Below are positions 29,690 through 35,729 of a stretch of 35,729 bases of DNA, piece by piece. Source of the stretch: Candidatus Falkowbacteria bacterium (lineage in GTDB: Bacteria; Patescibacteriota; Patescibacteriia; Patescibacteriales; UBA12465). The notes under the pieces were generated by a model. That model was not told the DNA's origin and made no database searches. It saw nothing but the letters and a program-made list of their open reading frames with translations. The translations under genes were made by a program, and so were the position numbers. Within the stretch, counting starts at the first letter, position 1. Each line of letters begins with the position of its first letter. The stretch is taken from positions 1 through 35,729 of the forward strand of contig JBAXJX010000002.1 in NCBI GenBank assembly GCA_037137655.1, given 5' to 3'.

Positions 29690-29829
29690 CTTTATTTAGT
29701 TTTTAATTTACATTTATACTACATTTACTGATTTGGTATCATAATACAATATACGAATTAAGTCAAATTAAACAAAAACTCCAGACATTTTTAAGGTCTG
29801 GAGCTTTAAGAAATAAGTATTTTAGATAT

Positions 29830-30753
29830 TTAAGCTTTAATTTTTTTCAAATACTTAAAGATGCTGCTCGCGGCGATCGCCCCCTCAGAGGCTGCGGTCA
29901 CAATTTGATGGATTCGATTTGAGCCACCAGTAATATCACCAGCCGCATAAACGCCAGGAATATTCGTTGCCTGATCGGGATTAACTGTAATATATTTCTC
30001 TGGATCAATATCAATTTGTAAAGCATCAAAAAACTCGGTTTGTGGACTAGAACCAATTTCCACAAATAAACCATCAACAGCCACTTGCTCGCTGCCGTTG
30101 TACTCCTTATCTAATTTAATAGCTTCTAATTTAGCTTCGCCCATCATTTCTACAACATTAGCATTAAAAATTATTTCAATTTTAGGATTTTTTTCAGCCT
30201 GCTCGATCCAAGTTGGTTCACCTCTAAAGTTATCTTTACGCACAATCAAATATACTTTGCTAGCAATTTCGCCTAAATGGATTGCGGCTGTTAGGGCACT
30301 ATTGCCACCACCAATCACTGCCACCACCTTATTGCGAAAGAACATAGCATCACAGGTAGCACAATATGATAAGCCATGACCCAAGTACTTACCCTCGTTG
30401 GTAATACCTAGATTGTGATGAATAGTGCCTGTAGCCAATAAAATACTCAGAGCATTATATTCAACATCACCAACAGTTACTACAAAACCAGTCTCTGTTT
30501 TTTTAATTTGTGAAACCTTAGACTCAATAATATTAACATCATACGAAAGGGCATGTTCTTTCATTTTAACAGTTAAATCAAAACCGCTAATTTCTTTTTC
30601 ACCCGGCCAATTGCAAATCTTATGTGCCTGCATCATCATCCCGCCCGGAGCCTGACCAATGACCAAGTGATTTATTTTATAGCGCGAAGCATAAACCGAC
30701 GCAGTTAACGCGGCTGGACCAGCACCAATAATAATTAAATCGTAATTGTTCAT
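29830..30753 (-). CDS. trxB: Thioredoxin reductase
   Basis: IIGAGPA, SYCATCD, VIGGGNSA, GVYAAGD. Confidence 0.93.
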   Translation of the reverse strand: MNNYDLIIIGAGPAALTASVYASRYKINHLVIGQAPGGMMMQAHKICNWPGEKEISGFDLTVKMKEHALSYDVNIIESKVSQIKKTETGFVVTVGDVEYNALSILLATGTIHHNLGITNEGKYLGHGLSYCATCDAMFFRNKVVAVIGGGNSALTAAIHLGEIASKVYLIVRKDNFRGEPTWIEQAEKNPKIEIIFNANVVEMMGEAKLEAIKLDKEYNGSEQVAVDGLFVEIGSSPQTEFFDALQIDIDPEKYITVNPDQATNIPGVYAAGDITGGSNRIHQIVTAASEGAIAASSIFKYLKKIKA

Positions 30754-30754
30754 A

Positions 30755-31090
30755 TTAAGCTTTTAAAGCGGCTTCAATTTCTTTTTTCAAAGAATCTTTG
30801 TCGCGTAGACCAATAAATTCGCCAATAACCTCACCATTTTTGAATAATTTCATATTTGGGATGCTTTGGATTTGATATTCAACCGCTAAATCTTGATTAG
30901 CTTCTTCTTCAGTGTTAACTTTAGTAATTTTCAAAGTTCCGACAGTTTCTGCCGCTAATTCATCCAAAATTGGGGCCATCATTTTACATGGACCACACCA
31001 AGGCGCCCAAAAGTCCACCAAAACAGGGACTTCCGACTTTAAAACTTCAAGTTCGAAACTATCTTTATTTACTTCTAAAGCATTGGACAT
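30755..31090 (-). CDS. trxA: Thioredoxin
   Basis: VLVDFWAPWCGPCK, IQSIP. Confidence 0.96.
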   Translation of the reverse strand: MSNALEVNKDSFELEVLKSEVPVLVDFWAPWCGPCKMMAPILDELAAETVGTLKITKVNTEEEANQDLAVEYQIQSIPNMKLFKNGEVIGEFIGLRDKDSLKKEIEAALKA

Positions 31091-31207
31091 AAATTTGTAT
31101 TATTAATTATAAGTGTATATCAATTTTATCGTAGTGCCGCGGGAGTGTCAATTGAAGAAATAAAAAAGGCTTCATTCGTTTTAACGAACAAAGCCTTCTA
31201 ACAAGTC

Positions 31208-31669
31208 TTATTTTTTGGAAATGCTTTTTGAGTAGACCATTTTTGTAAAAATACCATTAGAACATTTAACAGTCACAGGGTCATTAGTTTTTGCAGTTTG
31301 GTGAAATTTTTTATCAACATCAACTTTTATTACACCATCTTCAGTTGTAACATTAACAGAATAGGTTTCTTCACTAAATAACGACATCGGCATTATAATA
31401 ATCATCGTCGGAGTTATTAATGGCGAAAACATCGTATTAGAACTACTTGATTCATGAGCACGATCAATAATTACACCATCAATATAATAAGTTTTACCTA
31501 GCCCATCTAAAAATATAAAAATCAAAGAACTTAAAAAAATAATACTAATTGCCACAAGAGCAATAACCATGACACTAATCACCTTTATAAATAAGTCGAC
31601 ATCACCCCTAAAAAGATTATCCCAAAACTCACCTATAAAACAGTAGTATATATTACTTATAGTTTCCAT
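31208..31669 (-). CDS. Hypothetical membrane-anchored protein
   Basis: N-terminal TM segment and beta-rich C-terminus; has its own promoter and terminator. Confidence 0.7.
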   Translation of the reverse strand: METISNIYYCFIGEFWDNLFRGDVDLFIKVISVMVIALVAISIIFLSSLIFIFLDGLGKTYYIDGVIIDRAHESSSSNTMFSPLITPTMIIIMPMSLFSEETYSVNVTTEDGVIKVDVDKKFHQTAKTNDPVTVKCSNGIFTKMVYSKSISKK

Positions 31670-31786
31670 TATATAAATTTTTAAATAACATTTTTTGCAA
31701 ACCGAACAAAAACGGACAACAATCCCAGGATTATTATAAGTGTAATTATATCACGTTTTTAGTAAAAAGTCAACATATAAAAAATA

Positions 31787-31815
31787 TTGACTTATATTTC
31801 AATACTTTGTATAAT
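31787..31815 (+). promoter_or_regulatory. Sigma70 promoter of an orphan ncRNA
   Basis: TTGACT (31787-31792)-17 nt-TATAAT (31810-31815). Confidence 0.8.
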
Positions 31816-31821
31816 TAAATC

Positions 31822-32096
31822 AGAGTTAAGGATCTTTAAAAATAAAGCAATAGCGATTTTATAGTTAAACAGGACAAACCAAGCCGGGCTTCCGATAAAA
31901 TTAACAAGTAATATGCTCTAGTCGCATATTAACTCCCGTTAATAAAGAACAAAAACTTGGGGTTGTAGGACTCCTTCGGAAAGAGTATCCTGAGTAAGAT
32001 GAGTTCAAAAACGACTTGTCTGAAACAACGTGGTGGCCACACGTAATCCTAAATAATTGATCTTTTCTCATGCTCACTCTTGTAGTGAGCTTTTTT
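31822..32096 (+). ncRNA. Putative ~275-nt multi-helix structured RNA
   Basis: Bounded by promoter and terminator, no listed ORF; helices AAGGATC/GATCTTT, CCAAG/CTTGG, TTAAC/GTTAA, AATATGC/GCATATT, AGATGAGT/ACTTGTCT, ACGTG/CACGT. Confidence 0.7.
32072..32096 (+). terminator. Intrinsic terminator
   Basis: GCTCACT-CTTGT-AGTGAGC-TTTTTT. Confidence 0.85.
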
Positions 32097-32149
32097 CTTG
32101 TTCAAAAAATTATGCTATAATTAGCTTATAACAATTAACCCCCAAAACC

Positions 32150-32446
32150 ATGGACATGCGCGACTTATTAAAAAATATTAAAACCATGACCAGCGAAGAA
32201 ATTGAACGCAAGTTCTACGAAATGGTTCATGATAATTATCATTATAAAAATTTAAGCCAAGAGAATCGTGATTTGGTCATGGAATTTATCATGCAATATA
32301 AAGACATTCTAAAAAATGGACGCGAAATAACATCCATTAGAATCCGTGAAGATATGGACCGTTTACATGAAAGAAGATTGGCGCTGCATTTAACTGAGGA
32401 GGATTTTAAAGACATCAAAGAAGTGCTCGAAGCTTTCCGCTCTTAG
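32150..32446 (+). CDS. Hypothetical helical protein
   Basis: 98-aa ORF behind an extended -10 TGcTATAAT. Confidence 0.7.
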   Translation: MDMRDLLKNIKTMTSEEIERKFYEMVHDNYHYKNLSQENRDLVMEFIMQYKDILKNGREITSIRIREDMDRLHERRLALHLTEEDFKDIKEVLEAFRS

Positions 32447-33129
32447 TCTTTGCGCAAAATTAAATAGTAGTTAAATTTATCTTTATACAATTTAACAATT
32501 CTTAAATTAGCTTTCCGGCTAATTTTTTTTAGGCCACGCATGGTAAAGGCATGATAATAACGTTTGCTATTGCTATGAAATCCAGTAAAAACCATATCGC
32601 CAAAATCATCATGATTCAAACCAATTAATTTTCTAAACGTCGCTTTAAGTAAAGCCGCGCGATACTTTGGTTTGGCCCAAAAATTTTGCACACTAACAAT
32701 CATTGTGCCGCCCAGATTTAATTTATCCGCTAAAATATTTAGAGTTTCAATCTGCAAATCTTTACCTGGTAAATGATGCAACATAGCAATCGCAAAAACA
32801 TAATCAAATTGACCAATTTCTATTTTATCCAAACCTAAAACATCGGCGACTAAAAAATTATGATTAGGATAATTCTTTTTCGCTAGCGCAATTAAATTCA
32901 CACTTAAATCCACACCCAAATAATTTTCCGCTCTTACTGGCAAAGAGTTAAGTAAGCGACCATTACCGCAACCAATATCCAAAACACTCATGTATGGCGC
33001 CACTACACCAGCCAAGCGATCCAACTCTGGCCACACCAAGCCTTGGCGACTACGGTCAAATTCATCAGCTGCTTCCTCGTAATTAGTTTTAACAATGTTT
33101 AGTAATTTTTCTTGATTGTCTTTTTGCAT
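32443..33129 (-). CDS. Class I SAM-dependent methyltransferase (Trm9/ALKBH8-like motifs)
   Basis: VLDIGCGNGR, GVDLS, IAMLHHL, L..GG, RYYH.F. Confidence 0.88.
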   Translation of the reverse strand: MQKDNQEKLLNIVKTNYEEAADEFDRSRQGLVWPELDRLAGVVAPYMSVLDIGCGNGRLLNSLPVRAENYLGVDLSVNLIALAKKNYPNHNFLVADVLGLDKIEIGQFDYVFAIAMLHHLPGKDLQIETLNILADKLNLGGTMIVSVQNFWAKPKYRAALLKATFRKLIGLNHDDFGDMVFTGFHSNSKRYYHAFTMRGLKKISRKANLRIVKLYKDKFNYYLILRKD

Positions 33130-33223
33130 ATAATATAGTTACAAAATAATAAATCTAACTAATTTAATTATATCACAGAAAAAATTTAAAAAAAATTTAA
33201 GCGCCGTATTATATGCTCGGAGT

Positions 33224-34090
33224 ATGAAATTGCAGCGCCGCCATAAAATCATAATTATAATTGGCACCTTATTATTTTTGAGTGCCACGGCGGCGCTAAT
33301 TTCTTACTATCATTACGAAGAACCAAATTTAAAAATGTTTTTTCTCAACGTTGGCCAAGGCGATGCTATTTTAATTGAAACGCCAAACGGCAAAACTATT
33401 TTAATTGATGGCGGCCCAGATAATTCAGTCTTACCAAAACTCGCTCATTACCTCCCCTGGTTTAGTCATCAAATTGATTTTGTAATCTTAACCCATCCGC
33501 ACGCTGACCACCTCACAGGACTAGTGGAAGTTTTAAAGCGCTATGATGTCGGCCAAGTTATCGGCACTAATTTAGAATATCGCGATGGCGCTTACACCAC
33601 ATTTTTAAATATTATTACCGCTAAAAAGATTCCGATTAATATGGTTCATTACGGCCAGAGTTTAAATTTTTCCCCGGATTGTTTTTTTAAAATTTTACAT
33701 CCGCTTAACTCCGATCAATTCAATAAGTACACAAATTTAAATAACACATCGGTTGTTGGGCAACTTAACTGTGAACAAAGAAAAATTTTATTCACGGGCG
33801 ATATCGAAAATAACGAGGCCAAAAAAATTTATGATGCCGGAATTGATTTAAAATCTGATATTTTAAAAGTTAGCCACCACGGATCACAGCAAAGTAACGA
33901 CTTAAACTTTTTAAGCCAAATAAAATCTAAAATTGCCATAATTTCAGTGGGAGCGAAGAATAAATACGGTCACCCCAATAACGCCACTTTAAATAATCTT
34001 CAAAAATTAGCCATGAAAATTTTACGCACAGATCAATGTGGCGACATTACAATAATTATCAAAAATGGCTTAATTTTGACAAAAAATTGA
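33224..34090 (+). CDS. ComEC/Rec2-type metallo-beta-lactamase-fold protein
   Basis: N-terminal TM, FLNVGQGDAILI, LIDGG, THPHADH, N..S.V, FTGD, KVSHHGS, N.YGHP, RTD..G. Confidence 0.92.
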   Translation: MKLQRRHKIIIIIGTLLFLSATAALISYYHYEEPNLKMFFLNVGQGDAILIETPNGKTILIDGGPDNSVLPKLAHYLPWFSHQIDFVILTHPHADHLTGLVEVLKRYDVGQVIGTNLEYRDGAYTTFLNIITAKKIPINMVHYGQSLNFSPDCFFKILHPLNSDQFNKYTNLNNTSVVGQLNCEQRKILFTGDIENNEAKKIYDAGIDLKSDILKVSHHGSQQSNDLNFLSQIKSKIAIISVGAKNKYGHPNNATLNNLQKLAMKILRTDQCGDITIIIKNGLILTKN

Positions 34091-34118
34091 AATAATAGCC
34101 CTGTGGACAAACTGGGGA

Positions 34119-34147
34119 TTGACAATTCTTTTATTACGTGATATACT
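34119..34147 (+). promoter_or_regulatory. Sigma70 promoter of a rod-shaped ncRNA
   Basis: TTGACA (34119-34124)-17 nt-TATACT (34142-34147) with extended -10 TG. Confidence 0.8.
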
Positions 34148-34153
34148 TCTTTT

Positions 34154-34290
34154 ACAATTAGTTAAGCAAGGTCAGTTGAAACGGGCCAGGCACGACAAGC
34201 ATGGGGATCCTTCTAACGTTTTTTTCGGCTACGGCTCAAAAATCCGTTGAAAGGACTTTCTTGCCTATCCCGTTTTAGTTGATCTTTTTT
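34154..34290 (+). ncRNA. Putative rod-shaped RNA with a central asymmetric bubble
   Basis: 18-bp basal stem 34168-34185/34269-34286 including G.U pairs; AGGCA/TGCCT; TCCTT..AACG/CGTT..AAGGA; apical cTACGg tetraloop. Confidence 0.7.
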
Positions 34291-34295
34291 ATTAC

Positions 34296-34334
34296 AAAAA
34301 AAAATCCCGCATCTTAAATGATGTGGGATTTTTT
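34296..34334. terminator. Bidirectional intrinsic terminator
   Basis: A-tract-AAATCCCGCATC/GATGTGGGATTT-T-tract. Confidence 0.8.
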
Positions 34335-34358
34335 GTTTTTATCGTGATATTGTTTTTT

Positions 34359-35729
34359 TTATCTTGTTGCTGTAGTACTAGTTGAAACAACAATTACAGC
34401 TTCTGCGGTTGGCACAATACTAGAAACAGCTGTCGAAGAAACATTGGCTGATAAAGTTTTTACGCCAACAAGACAAACCTCTTGCCATGGCACGTAATGT
34501 GAAGAAAATCTTTTTTGCTTAACAGCTTGAGTGTCGCTACCAGGATTGTAAGTTACCTTATAATCAAACCAGGCATCGGCACCATTGTGAGCATGCTCAG
34601 TACACTTCTTAGTGCCCACAGGAATATCAGTTGATTCTAAAAGTTTAGTTGGTGCTGGTTTTACAATATTATAAATTGTTGGGGCGCCAACTTCAATCTT
34701 ACGACCATCTTTTACTCCCCAAAAATCAAAATACAAATCATTACCAAGTGTGCGAGTTTGAATCAAGATATAATTTCCCGTATCATTAATAAATTTAACA
34801 TCTGGATTTGGCAAATAAACCGCTGCATCAGTTCCGGCTGGTTCATAATAAGAAACACGATAAGAGTGATTGCTGCGCGCTGTGATCGGTAGGCCAGATT
34901 GTAAAGCTGCGCGAAACAAAGTAGTTGCTACCTGACACAAGCCGCCACCAAACTCTGGAATAGTTTTATTTTCCTTAATAACTAGTTCTGGCAAATAACC
35001 ATCTTCTTTTTCCACACTACCCAAAGCACTAACCAAAGAAAATTCGCTACCAGGTGCAATCATTAAACCATTAATTTTTGCTGATCCAACTGCAATATTG
35101 CGACGACGATTTACTGGTGAGCCTTTAAAATTAGAATGCCCCGTGCCAACAATTTCCTTAATCATTAAAGTGTTATCCGCCACCTTCACACCCTTATTAG
35201 GCACAACATCAACAACTAAATTTATATTTTTATTACTAGGATTATTAAAATAATTTTTAATACTTTCGGAGGTGTTTGTGGAATTTAAAGCTAGGCCATC
35301 AGTGCCAACTTGAAAAGTTGATACTCTATTATTAGCAATAGCAAAGCGAGCTTCTTTAATATCCTGATTAACTAATGGCGCAATTTTTTTATTTAAATAT
35401 TTTCCAATACTTTCCGAACTCAAGGCAACATGACCATTGTCATCAAGTTGAAGCCAGGAAACTAAATCATTTTTAGCCACAGCAACATTAACTTTTGCTG
35501 CCGATGAAGTATTATTATAAGCCAAATTAAACGGTGCTTGATCGGTAAAATTTTTAATTTCCGCATCAACATTTGTTATTTGATTTTTACTAACACTCGG
35601 CTTAGTGCTAACGGCTGATAAAATAATCTCCGGAGAATTAATCTTTTTCAAGTTATTTTCCAGCTCATTAGTGGCCGCCACATAATTCAAGCTTAATCCA
35701 GGAGTCTCATTACTAATTTCATATTTTGG
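34359..35729 (-). CDS. VanW family protein (5'-partial, frame open to the window edge)
   Basis: NR..NI, I.PG.EFS, GGGLCQVATTLFRAAL..GLPI..R.NHSY.V.YY.P.G.DA. Confidence 0.92.
   Translation of the reverse strand, partial: PKYEISNETPGLSLNYVAATNELENNLKKINSPEIILSAVSTKPSVSKNQITNVDAEIKNFTDQAPFNLAYNNTSSAAKVNVAVAKNDLVSWLQLDDNGHVALSSESIGKYLNKKIAPLVNQDIKEARFAIANNRVSTFQVGTDGLALNSTNTSESIKNYFNNPSNKNINLVVDVVPNKGVKVADNTLMIKEIVGTGHSNFKGSPVNRRRNIAVGSAKINGLMIAPGSEFSLVSALGSVEKEDGYLPELVIKENKTIPEFGGGLCQVATTLFRAALQSGLPITARSNHSYRVSYYEPAGTDAAVYLPNPDVKFINDTGNYILIQTRTLGNDLYFDFWGVKDGRKIEVGAPTIYNIVKPAPTKLLESTDIPVGTKKCTEHAHNGADAWFDYKVTYNPGSDTQAVKQKRFSSHYVPWQEVCLVGVKTLSANVSSTAVSSIVPTAEAVIVVSTSTTATR

Noticed and set aside
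27490-29810. Integron cassette array
   Set aside because: The intergenic inverted repeats are ordinary terminators, genes have their own promoters, and no integrase is present
746-31106. Numerous 60-144-aa antisense or alternate-frame ORFs in the ORF track
   Set aside because: They are shadows of well-supported genes and lack motifs
34102-34110. DnaA-box-like TGTGGACAA suggesting oriC
   Set aside because: A single imperfect box with no cluster and no dnaA nearby
34186-34204. SRP RNA domain IV (CAGG...AGCA)
   Set aside because: The 7-nt spacer cannot form the GNRA-capped stem and the motif is not at the rod apex

Overview
AT-rich bacterial window that looks like Patescibacteria/CPR (Parcubacteria-like). 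This is inferred from gene content and the divergent 16S 3' end, not from a search. It opens with the 3' end of a 16S rRNA gene that terminates without tRNA or 23S. It contains housekeeping genes (ychF, tsaD, a shortened uvrA, trxA/trxB, a SuhB-like phosphatase, a ComEC-type MBL protein, a VanW protein), tRNA-Cys and tRNA-Glu. There are five type IV pilin-like genes with a shared head and swapped C-terminal domains, a tandem double PilB ATPase, and many singly transcribed accessory genes. The most unusual signals are non-coding: (1) a ~235-nt RNA behind tRNA-Glu containing a stand-alone, covarying copy of the 23S rRNA L1 stalk next to a T-loop minihelix; (2) a non-canonical tRNA-like RNA with an alanine acceptor stem, followed by a separately promoted small RNA whose 5' end is antisense to its anticodon arm; (3) two more orphan structured RNAs bounded by promoters and terminators, one with a hammerhead-like core. 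All folds were derived by eye and all family calls come from motif recognition.
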